From Paragordius varius (Eukaryota > Animalia > Nematomorpha): 64,000 nucleotides of DNA. The position numbers and the translations under genes are program-made. The stretch is from the NCBI GenBank assembly GCA_964247055.1, contig OZ176053.1, positions 806,001 to 870,000 on the forward strand, in the 5' to 3' direction. The notes under the pieces are model-generated. The model worked only from the letters and a program-made list of their open reading frames with translations. It was not told the origin of the DNA and did not search any database. Below, in pieces: positions 39,201 through 51,846 of this stretch (the first letter of the stretch is position 1; each line of letters starts with the position of its first letter).

Positions 39201-42200
39201 GGTTTCGTTGAAGATGTTATCTATCAAACGAATTCTTCTTCCTGTTATACGAGCCCTATTCATTTTTTCCAGCATCAGTGACTTTTCAAGTGAAGTAGAT
39301 CTCATAATGTGACCAAAATAGAATAGTTTTTGCCGTATCAGCCTGGTCAGCAGTGACATTTCCGGATTAATTTTATTTAAAATAGTGGCGTTAGGGATTT
39401 CGTCCGATTATTTTGCTTGGAGAAGTTTCCTTTAAACTCATAGTTTGAAAGAATTAATTAGTCGTTTGTTATATTTTTTTCAGCGTCCAGCATTAATCTG
39501 ATTTTGGTTTTTTTAGTCTCATGTCATGTGACGTCCAAAGCTTAATGTATTTGAATGTTCCTGCTTTTGCAATATATGGCAATTCTTCATTTTATTTCTG
39601 GAGGAGAGTTGTAGCCATTGTTTATAATGCTGCCTAATGTAACTGTTTACGGGTTTGAGTTGGTTGTTTGAACCGGGTTGATTTGTTTTATTTTGCCTTT
39701 TTAAGGTTGATTATTAATCCGTATTCATCGCATTCAATTTTAGCATTCTTATATAGGCTTTATATTATAACCAAAGTTGGTCCGACATTTTTAAAAATTT
39801 GTGGTTTTGGCAAGTTTAATGGCTCTAACATTTAATAGCCACCGAACCAGTGACTTTCGAAACTAAATATAAGCAGGCATTCCAATAGAGCTAACCAAAG
39901 TTTGGTCTGTTTTTTGCGTATATTACTATGATCAGCAAAAAAGTTAAACTAATTAAATTGCGCACTTTGACTTTTACTGGTTTACTGATTAATTTATTTG
40001 TCGAGAGATCCTCATTTTTTTGTGTCACGTTCATGTAATAACCAATGCAAAGAAAACAACGGAAAATTTTGAAAAACTTGAATAGTACCCATTACTTAAC
40101 CTTACGAGTAAACTCCCATAATTCAGTATAAGAAATAAAAACTCTATTCATAAGTTAGGCGCGAAAGTTCTGGATGATTCAGAAGATTTTTTAATTCTTC
40201 AAAGACAAAGGGTCCCCCACATTATAATTTTCACAGAGGTTTATTACTATCTAGGTAATTTTTATTAGGTTTGACCTTTGTTAGTTAAAAATATTTCGGC
40301 AATAGGCCTAGATATGCACAAAAATTAATGCATCATTAGGAGGCTGCATGGATTACATACTTCTCCGTACCATTTAGTTTACCAATAAAAGGGTCCTATA
40401 AAAAAATGAACCAATTATAAAATAGCTTTGTTTGCCTAAAAATCTCGCTAGCGCTTCGTATCGTATTTAAACCAAAACTTACATAAACTATAATCATTTT
40501 ACAACCATAATATGCAATAAATTTACATAAATCAAATTTTCTATCAGCAATAATCTCTTATAGCCAAAAAATATTGACCTTACTATTCGAAATATCTGGA
40601 TATGCATCTAATTTACAAAAGTTTTTAAAATCCCTGACAACCAGATTGGCAGTATTTAACAAGGGATATTGTTTATATTTCCGACTGTAAAAACTGTTTG
40701 GATTGTTGTCTAATAAACAGTGAGCCCGATTAGAAATCAAAAATTTTGTTATCCCCTTAATTGCAGGACTAGTCCAAACCCAAAAATTATGGGTTTGAGA
40801 ATTCATGATGCCAGTTTCGTTGTTTTTACAATACTTATCATCGTGTGAAACGCCCATTCTAATAACAAAAATATAGTAATTATATTAAATATGTAAGAAA
40901 AAATTGATAAAAAGTGAAGGTTGTGTATTTTTGTACCATAATTTTTTATAGTTCATCTATCGTTTTAAGTTAAAAATATACATAATTTGAATTTGTACAG
41001 ATAAAAAGAAGAATAAAAGACTATTTGCAAAATACAAGCGCATATTATTTAATCTAATTTACTTAAAATATAACGCATTGTTTTGATTTTCCAAAATGGG
41101 AAAACAGACGTAAAATGGTAATACACCTAATTATATAATTTCAAGTTTTTTTGTCCGTATAACAATTATTACTGTATATGACAATTGTTAAAATATGATT
41201 GTCTTTATCAATATTTCGCACTTACATTTTACGCTTTTTATAGTTTTTGCCTATTAAAACCAATAATATGAAAGATTTATGTAAAATCTATTTGTTTGTT
41301 ATAAACTAATAGTTTTATTACAGTGTACTGTTCTTTCCTTATAAAAGCGAAATTGGGTTACGAATATTTTATATATTTTGTTAAATCCATTTTTATGTAA
41401 TTTTATGATTCTTAAAAAATATCTTTTTATAATGAAAACCCCTTGTGGAAAACGCAACATTTAGCGGTAGCATAATATATAAACCAAGCTTTTAGGTTTG
41501 ATCTTAATTTAAGGGATGTATGTGCAGACAAAAAAAACTAAAAGTTAAATATTTCAAAAAAAAAACAGCCATACTTTTTCAAACCTTAATATTTCCCACA
41601 TAAACAATTTTTAAAATGTATAACTTGTGTTACCAATATAGATTTCAATTCCATATTTTGCAAGACAAAGATTGTTTTCAAAAACAAAATTTTATTTTAC
41701 TTTTTACATTTTGTCTTTTACTTAAATTTTGTCTGCGCATACTTGTAAATTTTACTGTAAAACCATTTTATATAATTATTTACAGTTAAAACTGAAATTA
41801 TGCGGACCAAACCTATAAACATAAAGACAAATGTTTTTTTCAAAAAGACAACCACATTTTTTTAAGGTCCATTTTAAAAAAACTCATTGTTTTATATTGC
41901 AAAGTATAAAATTGATATGTATATTGGTTACACAATTAATTATATATTTAACAGTTTTAATTATATAATTTATATGAAAAAAAATAAAAGTATGGTTGTC
42001 TTATGAAAAAAAAACATTTGTCTTTACATTTCTACGTATTGTCCTCGTATAATTTTAATTTTTACTGTAAATACAGCAGTTAAACAGAACTTACAAATGT
42101 CCGATTTCATGGGCAATGGTTGTCGCGGTTCCAAAATGTTTGGGATGAACGATAGCGCAACTCACTTCAATGTTACAAAGTCCAAATAAATTAGCAATAC

Positions 42201-45200
42201 CTTTCAAAAGTAAAATCCATATAACAAAAATTTTTTTAATGATTAATTTACATATTTTTTCTAGAGATTTTAAATAACCTTCTATTATGTATGTATAGTA
42301 AAGTGATAGAGAAAAATATTAATTCGAGAAGATTCGATCATTAGCTAGAGTTAGAATTTTAGATTTTGGGTTAAGAGCATTACGTTAGAAAAGGACATTT
42401 TTTTAAATGTAACTTTTATTTTAATTTTGCGACAGAAGGATGATGTATTATATTTTAATTTAAAGGAGCAATAAAATATAAACCAGATTAATTTCCTTTT
42501 GATTCTGTCAGCCAAAATTAAAATTATAATTTTACTTTCATTATTATGTAATTATATAGAAAAAGCTCAAAAGTATTAAACGTGTCATCTGAATTTTTTT
42601 ACTATGCATTATATGGGTTGTCGTGAGGACCGCATTAATTTTATAAGGTCACTGTTATGAAATATCCAAACAAAAAAACTGCGTTTCTACACATTAAAAA
42701 GTTATTCATTTCTTCGATACGAATCGGGGTAGCTAATGACACATGGCCTATTTAAAATTAAATATTTTTTATGAATATAAAGTGTGCATTCACTAACCCA
42801 CATTGATGTCCCACATTGTATAATCAAATCAACCAAAATGACTTATTTCATGGATAATTTTGAGACAAATATTTTAGAACCATAACATGAATGCAATGAC
42901 TAAATCCATAAATAATTTAACCTCCTTTTCTATTATGATATTAATTTTAATTAAAATAAAGAATAAACTTAGATTTTAGCGGTAAATTTATAATTCAATA
43001 TTTATCCTAAATTTATTAAAAATAGTGTCAAAGTTATAGCTAATACTTTCTATAAATTTTTTTATAAACTTTAATGAAAATAGAAGTAAAAAATTAAAAC
43101 AACCCTTTTTACCAGTTCTTCAATATTAATTTAAAGTTCATGGGGTATCGAGTTATCTCCTTATGTATCAAAGGATAGCCAAATAGCATATATATACAGT
43201 AAAATTAAATATGATTGGCTTAAATTGGAAAATATATAGATTTTTGCTTCCAGTAAATTTGCTCGTTACAATAAATTCTCAACGCATGACCTAAACACTT
43301 TTTTTAATATAATTTACTTTCTTATGATGAAAATATATATATCATTCCTTTCCTTATTAATAACTAATTATGTGAGCAGTTTCTATATATTTATAGGAAA
43401 AATTCGAAATTATACGGACGAAAGGTGTAAATTAAAGGACAACCATTTTTTTCTAAAAGACATGCTTTTTAAAACCTTGATTATTTCAAATATAACCTAT
43501 CTTTTTGGGTTGCATAATTAAAAATAGTAATGTAAATTGATAACCATTTATAAATTACAAAATATGTCATTATACTTTTGAAATATATAAATAAATGCAT
43601 GTAACCAATTACATTTATTATATTTTTTAACCAAAACCAACGATATAAGGTTTAAATTCAGAAATTTTTTATAGTTTTATTTTTTAATGTATAATACACT
43701 AAAATACATACCTAGAGTTGAACCATTGCGCCATTCTCTATACAGTAAAATTAGTTAACATGTTTTACAATATGCATTTTAATGGTTGCTTATTTCACAC
43801 TATAGTAGGGGGGGGGGGGAATTTGCCACACACAGTAATGTATGGAAAAAACAATAAAATGTTGTTGAATAAACAATTATTACCTTTCTTTTGTACATAC
43901 ACTCCTGTGTTGCAAATTGCCCGCCCTACTACAGTGTGAAATAAACTATCTATAAAATGCATACTGTAATGAAGTAACGTGAATGCTTTAGTTTTATAAA
44001 TTTCTAGATACAATCTTTGTTAAAGGTTTTTTAGATGGCTACATGTTAATCGTTAAATATATATCTATATATATATATATGTACGTATGGGTAGTATAAA
44101 AGTTAAAATTTCAATATAATACAACCGATCTAATAGAAGAGACACGTCTTCCAAACGATCTTTGCGATTTTTTTTGGTTAGATTACAAAATTCATAGAAT
44201 GCTTGATGCTGTGTAAGTCGTCGTTGGCGATTAAAAAATTTCTAATTTGGAAAAATGACATTATCACCAAAATACATTTAAAAACTGAAATTATACGGAC
44301 AAAACCTAAAAATATAAAGACAAATATTTTTATCTACAAGACAACCAACCATACTTTTTCCAAATCTTGATTTATTTCAATAAACCTCATTGTTTTAATT
44401 GAAAAACTTTGAAATAGAGACATATTACTAACACAATCAATTCTATAGTTTACAAATGTAACTAATTAGCTTATATGAGAAAAATTAAGGTTTTTAAAAA
44501 GTATGGGGTTGTCTTTAAGAAAAATATTTGTACTTAAAATTTTACGTTGTTTCCGTATAATTCAATTTTTACTGTATGTATATAGTCTTATATATTTTAT
44601 CAAATTAGTTTCGTCGTTGATATTAAATAATTAAATTCATTAGCTTTAATGGTTCATTATAGTAAAATGATAAAATGTAAATACTTTTAAGTACCATGAA
44701 TTAACTCAAAGGCGTAGCTAGGGTGAAGAAAGGGGGGATCATGCACCCCAGCGCCATAATTAAAAGTGCCCAGGAAATTACAAATTTTTTAGATTAAAAA
44801 ATACTTTTAAGCTATTATTTTAAATAATACATGTAAAAATCACCCCCATTTACGAGTGGCGTCATGACCACGCTTTTAACTTCGATTATTTCTTTAAAAT
44901 GCAAGAGATTGCATGGAGGGTGATGGGAGGGGGGGCATAATACAAGCTACGCCTCTGCATATAACTAAGCTGAAAAAAGGATTAAATTTATCAGCAAATT
45001 TGGCAATTTTGCATTTTATTAGATAAAATTCGGTATGTTTGAATAATGTTAGTACATCAATAAAGGCAAAAAGGAATAAAAATACCAAATCAGTCGTCTT
45101 TATCATGATATTTATATTGTTGTTTAGCTTGGGATCTTTAAATAGGCGATGAACCTATTATTAGCAAAAAAATGTTTTAGTCAATCTGAAATAATAATAA

Positions 45201-48200
45201 ATACTGGTCACTGATAAAATTTTGTCATTATTTTTTCAGTTTGGTTTTAGCCTACACAGTGTCTCACACTCTTTTTACCCTAAAAAGATCTGTGGGATAG
45301 AGTCCAAAGAAAAAAAATTAACTAGGCAATGGGTTAATTGGGTTTTGTCACATTTTAGCAAAAAAACTACAGTTAATATTGAAGTTATACGGACAAATCG
45401 TAGAAATATAAGTTAAATATTTTGTTTAAAAGACAACCATACTTTTTCCCATCATCGTAATTTTTCCTTTATAAGCTGGTTAATTTGAATTGTAAAATAT
45501 AAAATTTATTGTGTTACTAATACACTGGTTCACACTTTGTCATTTAAAACAAAGAGTTATTTTTTAATTTATAAAAGTATGGTTGTCTTTTAGAAAAAAT
45601 TTTTATTTTAAGTTATTAATCTCATGTGTCAAACAACAAATATTCCCTGGTCAATGTAAAAATATTTATGCACAAAAAAAGTTTATTTAAATTATATAGC
45701 CATGTCTTTCGAATGATTTGGTTTCTTAGTTATTTAAATGGTTGAAATATCATATGTCTAAAATTATATTGAAAAAGTTTTGTTCAAATATTTATAATTA
45801 AAAACTAAGAAAGACTTTTACAAGTTGTATTTTGAGAGCCGGCTTATTCTTTTCAACCCTCAAAATTGGATTGGTAGTTCATCCATACTAAATTAATTGT
45901 TCCTTTTCAAAAAATGTGCCAGGAAAACATGTAATGATGCTCAAATTTTTTGCAAAACAATTAACTGCTTAACTAACTCTAAATAGGTCAATTTTTAATT
46001 TTTTTGTTTGGCGTAAAATAATAAACAACGCAAAATTTTAAATAAAATCAATCCCGATATGTCATTGCTTGGAATTTCTGTCCGCACACCAAAGTATCCT
46101 GCTTTGGCCACATACTGACTTCTAACTCACTGGAAAAATCCTTTATGTTGGGAAAGAGTGGTAGTGCACGTAAAAGGGGCCGAAGAAGGATAAGGTATAT
46201 GGACAATATTCTACAAGAAACTCATGCAACTATTGGCAGTCGCAACCTGTGAAGAAGAATAAGTTTTACTTAAAATATTCTAAAAAGTCGACCTCGACTC
46301 TATTACAGCAAATATCTGATATTAATCTGTTAAAGCAAATCGAAAAACGGCTATTTCAACATTTCAAATATTGAGTTGTTGTTGAGCTTGTAGTCGGTTA
46401 TCGACCATTAGCGAAAAACTTCCTCCACTCGGTTCTGTCGGGGGTTTAGATAGTTGCAGTGACAATTTGGAAAGATTTTGTCTATCCAGCCAATACGTCT
46501 TCGTCCTCTTCCTCTCTTGCCATTTAATTTTCCTAACATAATATCATTTTCCAAAGAATGTCCCCGAATAATGTGTCTAAAGGAACCGAATTTTTATTTT
46601 ATAATTTTACCCCTAAGCGTTGTTTGTGCGTTAATTTTATTTACAATGTCGATGTTCTTTATTTTGTCCTTCCATGTTATACCAAGTATTTTTCTCCAGC
46701 AAAAGATTTCAAAAGCGTTTATTCTTTTTTCGTCTTCACGTTAAATAGTCCAGCTTCACATCCGTATAACATGATAGGAAATATTAATGCTTTTATTAGT
46801 CAGTTTTTTGTTTTTAGATTTATGTCATGAGATCTCCATATCTTGTAGTGTGAGGCTAGAGCGCATTTGGCGATAGCTATGCGTCTTCTTATTTCTTGGG
46901 AACTGGAGTTTGAGTTGTTAATAATGTTTCCAAGGTATGTGTATTCGTTGACTACTTGAATTGTTTCGTTATTAATCCGAAGTGAGTCATAGGAATGAGG
47001 GGAGTTGATATGCAATATTTTAGTTTTGTTATGGTTTAATGTAAGGTTGTATTTTTTGCACACATTTATAAAAGTTCGGAGACTGTTTTTAAGGTTCGTT
47101 TGTGAATTTGTTATGATTACCGTGTCGTCTGCGTAGTGGAGAATCGTCAGAGTTGGACCCCCTACTTTTATTCTTGGTAGATTTAGATCCCTCATGATAC
47201 ATTCCAAATATATGTTAAACAACAAGGGGGATAAAATGCAGCCTTGACGCTGACCTATGTTCATTGGGCTCCTAGAGGTCGGGCCATGCGGAGTGTTTAG
47301 TAATAGGTAGGAGTTGGAGTATATGGATTTAATTAGTTTGATTAAGTGATCGGAAACTCCTATTTGTTTAAGGGCCTTCCAGAGAATGTCATGTTGAACG
47401 GTATCAAAGGCTTTAGAAAAATCCACGAAACATAAATGTAGCTCATTTTGGAATTCACAGTTTTTTTCCATTATCCATCTAAGGTTTGAGATCATGTCTC
47501 GGCATCCTCTTTTTTCTCTAGAGCCTGCCTGTGTCATTGATATTTCCGGTTTGACATATGTTTGTAGACGGTTTTGTATTATTAAGAACACTTTAGAGGT
47601 TTGAGTGATTAATGCTATCATGCGGAAAAGTTCTATATTGAGTTACAAATGGCTCTCTGTGAAACATCCAAAAAAGACATAACTTTCATCATCGGCGATT
47701 TTAACGCTATTATAGCTAACGATAAAACAGACAAGGTCACTGGTGGAAAAGGCTTTGATAAAGTCAAAAACCCCCGTGGTGAAAGGCTAATTGATTTTTG
47801 CCAACAGCACAATCTCTTAATAGCGAACTCGTTTTTCAAACAGCCTAACAGACGGCTCTACACCTGGACCTCCTCGTGTCGTAAATACAGGAATCAAATA
47901 GATTACATATTGGAATGCAAAAATACAAAAGCTCATTTCAAAACATCCGGTGCTACTCGAGTGCAGACTGCAACTCAGATCATAACCTATTAATGGCCAA
48001 AATCAAAATAAAGCTACAACTTCCCCAGCCGCAAAAAAACTTTTCCAAAACTAAATTGAACTACAAACTTATACCTGCCGATTTTACTCCAATCCTTAAC
48101 AATAAATTTGAATCCTTAAATTACGAAACATTCAACACAGATGATCTTTGGTCCACTATTCACAAAATTACCACCGAAACAGCCAAAGAATATATACCGC

Positions 48201-50238
48201 CTGCCGCAACTAAAAACAAAAAATTTACCATATCACAACAAAGCATCGACTTAATTGAACAGAGAAGAGTAGCAAAATCCAAGGGCACTCCCCTTGAGTA
48301 TAAAAATATTAATAATGAACTACAAAAAAGTATAAGATCCGACAAAGAATCTCATTATAATAGAATCTGCGCTAACCTAGAGCAAGCTGCTAAACTTAAT
48401 CACAACTACTTCTCTTATATTGAAGACATTCAACCGCGCAAAAAACAAATGTACAAAGGTCCTATGTCTCATTCAAACGGAAAACTTCTAACCGATTAGA
48501 AAGAAGTAATTAAACTTTGGAAAGAATACATCCAAAATTTATTCACAAAACAATCAACTATATAATCGCCACGAACCTTGAATATACTTATGACCCACCA
48601 ATACTAAAAGAAGAAATTGAATGGGCCCTGAGGCACTCATCAACCGGCAAAGCAGAGGCATTCAATGACATCCCTACAGAGCTACAAAGACAAATTACCA
48701 TAAAATTAATTCATTCATCATTCCAAAAAATGTTTAGTGAGGCAACATTCCCGGCGGACTGGAACAAATAGTGGTCCCGATATTTAAAAAGAGCGATCCA
48801 AAATTATGTTAAAAATTGAGTAGTTAAAGATAATAAATTATTATAATTTGGTTATATTGGGAAATTTAGTATCATTAATTAATTTAACAAAGTAAATAAA
48901 ATTCATAAAGGATTAAAGATAATTTTCAAAATTAGTCCGCAAAATTAGAGGATAGCAGATATAAAATCACTCAAAAATAGAGGTCATTTAGTGTAAAAAG
49001 TCAAATTATCCAAAAATCACCCAAATTTAAGGGTCGATTAGACACTACAAATAAAGATATACAGTAAAAATTTAAATTATACATACAAAATGAATAAATA
49101 TACGGACTTTTCTCCAAAGACAAAATTATATTTTTAAAACTTGTTCATTTTTAATATAACTATTGTTTTAATTTGCAAATAAAGGAGGAATAGAAGCGTA
49201 ATTGGTGACACACTCAATAATATAATATAACAGAAACAAAAAAAATTAAAACGAAATTCAAAAAAATAAATATAAAATGGTGAAAATGTCATAATGATTA
49301 ATAACTCTGAAAAAAACCAGTCTCTATATATATATATATATATATATATGCGTGATATCTTACTTTTTTCAATATACCTTAACGAATAAATAATAGTTTA
49401 TGTAGAAAAAATAAGCTTCAAAAAAATATGGTTGTCTTTTTGAAAAATGTTTGTCTTTCTACCTTGACACTTTGTCTGTATATGTCATTTTAAAAATTTA
49501 CCTACCATGGTAAAAATTTTATTCAATTGTTCCGGGGTGTAATAGGCTTTAACATTTTTCGTAATGTAGATATTGAGACACAAGTAAAAGATATCACTTC
49601 TGAATGCGTGTTTAGGTAAGGATTGAATATCCCGCAAATTCCATTTTCTGTCCGACAAGATTTTAGTATAATTCTCATAAAAGATTGGAGAAATTTTTTT
49701 GCTTTTCTTTACCTGCAAATACAATTAAAATATGAATATGACATAAAGATAATTTTTTTTCATCAAAACACCGCCAAAGATTTTAAAAGTTGTTTTTTTT
49801 CAATTATTCCAACTCTTTGTTTTAAACTGCAAATTAGGCAATATAAATGTCATTTAGCAACATAATCAATTTAGCATTATATATAACAAGCATAACGAAA
49901 TAAATGAAGGTTTTAAAAAGTATGGTAGGGTGGGGTTGTCTTTTGATAAAAAAATATTTATCATCATGTTTTTTACATTTTGTCTGTTTTATGCCAACTA
50001 TTTTTGCTAAAAATTATTATTGATTACTAACCTCTCTGGAATATCTTGAGGGTCGTAAGTTTGAATTTATAATATTTTTACATGGCTTTTGGAGGGGTGA
50101 AGTTGGTCCTTCCTCGTAATCAATTATTAATTCGGGTTTATTTTCGTATTGATCAGGAATATATTTTAGGTGTTGCCCTTCGATATCGCCATTAAACTGC
50201 ATAAAGCGAATCAAAAACGATGCTAAAATTATCAACAT
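31404..50238 (-). CDS. ADAMTS-type (M12B) secreted zinc metalloprotease, at least 616 aa; 3' end unresolved
   Basis: Phase-consistent exons 50238-50032, 49712-49506, 45154-45086 (VHRLFKDPKL), 44241-44126 (AFYEFC...DVSLLLDR), 43737-43712 (NGSTLG), 42200-42095 (CAIV...TIAHEIGH), 40858-40584 (LMGVSHDD...GIMNS...HCLLD), 40556-40483, 37475-37347, 36191-36055 (CKKGKC...WEKWTRWTKC...IRKRRC, TSP1), 35991-35904, 34960-34895, 33965-33846, 32941-32827 (LGCD...DICRVCGGNNKSC), 31517-31404 (spacer-like). Intact HEXXHXXGXXHD and Met-turn. Exons 40556-40483 and 34960-34895 and the true first exon are less certain. Confidence 0.87.
36444..37328. mobile_element. TA-flanked MITE (family D) split by a nested hAT element
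   Basis: TA|CAGTATGCATTTTAATGGTTGCTTA...AAGCAACCATTAAAATGTACACTG|TA. Uninterrupted relative at ~43741-43968; partial at ~26170-26230. Confidence 0.75.
36501..37186. mobile_element. Non-autonomous hAT element, 686 bp
   Basis: 11-bp TIR TAGGGTTGTGC/GCACAACCCTA, perfect 8-bp TSD TTTGCAAC (36493-36500, 37187-37194), clustered GGTCA/TGACC subterminal motifs at both ends. Confidence 0.88.
37540..37720 (+). mobile_element. Possible CR1/L2-type LINE 3' relic
   Basis: Plus frame ITWAITLPQDLQ...KSFNAMIKHL loosely resembles the WNxLP...FK..LK.HL LINE C-terminus; weak. Confidence 0.3.
37997..39132. mobile_element. Family C palindromic foldback element, second copy (~1.13 kb)
   Basis: Collinear with 26827-28393 minus the insertion; hairpin centre at ~38530-38630. 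Confidence 0.8.
39140..39900 (-). mobile_element. RTE-clade LINE 3' fragment
   Basis: ECDEYGLIINLKK (end of RT) and KLFYFGHIMRSTSLEKSLMLEK...RRIRLIDNI, with stops and frameshifts. Confidence 0.75.
44707..44957. mobile_element. MITE with GGCGTAGCT-type TIRs
   Basis: CAAAGGCGTAGCT / AGCTACGCCTCTG termini with G-rich subtermini; TSD not resolved. Confidence 0.55.
46055..46265 (+). mobile_element. RTE-clade LINE 3' fragment
   Basis: CFGHILTSNSLEKSFMLGKS...RGRRRIRYMDNI. Confidence 0.7.
46377..48810 (-). mobile_element. RTE (BovB-like) LINE, 5'-truncated with an inverted 5' segment; inactive
   Basis: Minus strand ~47630-46377: RT (CFVDFSKAFDTV, GQRQGCILSPLLFNIY, LHYADD), C-terminal LYGCE...WRKILGITW...DRTEWR, (CAA)n tail. 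Plus strand ~47622-48810: APE endonuclease (IIGDFNA, NQIDYIL, SDHNLL) through FPADWNK..PIFKKSDPKLC. Candidate TSD AAATATTGAGT (46366-46376) / AAAAATTGAGT (48811-48821). Confidence 0.9.
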
Positions 50239-51846
50239 TACATCAAATACTAAATTTTTTTTTCAAATAAACTATAAAAAGATATTTTTTTTGCAATAAA
50301 AATTAACGCTTGTCTGGGCTTTACTTTTCATTAACAATAAAGTAAATAGAAACTAAATTGTATTATTGGATGTATTAATTTTTTTTACTACCTTTCAATA
50401 TCGAGCCAAAGAGTTAAAAAAGGGGGGGGGGGGAACGCCGGTATTTTTATATTTTGTTCGATACTATTGTGTAAGAAATGTTTTTTACATGTTAAATTAG
50501 TTTTTACCTTCAATAAAAATTGTTTAAAAATTAAGAAAAGATAAAATAATGATAGTATGTTGCAAGGGCTACCAAAAATTATCTATATCAACATAACTAA
50601 ACTTTGTATAAATAGAAACACGTAAATTATTTGATTAGCTATGGTATTAGATGTAATAAATTATTATTGATTGGGTATTTATTTTTATTATTATTATTAT
50701 TATTATGATTGACCAAAGTTTTTTTTGTTCAATCAATAATATTGTAAAAATTTGTTAAATTTGTTTTATCATTAATTTCTGCTTTGTAAAATAATAAATC
50801 GTTGCTTATTATTAATACTTTATATGGTTTATTTTTGAAATAATAAAAAAATATTTTTTAAAGAACGGTTGAACATTCGTGTATTAAAACACTTTCAAAC
50901 CTTTTAACACTTAGGAGCCCCAACAACCAATTTAACATTTTATTAAACGTAAAGTATCTCTAATATAATTTCATGCAGTAAAAATTAAAATTATACGGAC
51001 AAAACGTAAAAATATAAGGACAAATATTTTTTTCGAAGAGACAACCACACTTTTTTAATATTGATACATTTAAATAAAACTCATTGTTTAAAATGACAAA
51101 ATGTAAATTAAAGACATATATAACTAACACAATCAATTCTATATTTAAAATTTTTAATTAAATAGCTAATATTAAATTAAGGTTTAAAAAAGTATGGTTG
51201 TCTTTTCAATAAAAACATTTGGCATTATAATTTTACGTTTTCCGTATAAAATCTGTGACTGTAATTGCAATTGTAAAAAATATAACTGATTGCGTTATCT
51301 GTATACATCTGATCTATTTCACACTTTGCATTTATTACAAACAATGATTTATATATCAAAAATCAGGATTATAAAAGTATGGTTCTCTTTTAAAAAAGCA
51401 ATTTTGTCTTTATATTTTTACGTTTTGTCCGTATATAATTTCAATTTTTACTGCACATATAATGTTTTAGCTATCAAACATTTTTTTACATTGAAAATTA
51501 TCTACAAAATATAGACAAAAGGAATTGATATACGGACAAAAGGCAAAAATTAGGCGACAATTTTTTTTAAAAAGTCAACCGCAATTAAGCCAAATGTTTT
51601 GCGACGCAAAATAAACAAAAGAGTCATATATTTTAAAATCGTAATTATTTAGTTTATTTGGTAAATTTCAAGGTTCAAAAAAAGTATGGTTATCTTTTTT
51701 AAAATTTTTTTTTTTGATTTTTACAATTTGCTGTATAAGTTCAATTTTTACTGTATTTATCAATGTTTAAAACCTATAATATATAAATAAATATATATAG
51801 AAGATAAAATTCTAAAGCATTTTTATGATTTTAATTAATATGGTAA

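Noticed and set aside
43324-43521. Plus-strand ORF with a signal-peptide-like start
   Set aside because: Lies in an ADAMTS intron, runs into a MITE, and no coherent downstream exons were found.
46478-46830. Plus-strand ORFs over the LINE 3' half
   Set aside because: Antisense to the RTE coding frame.
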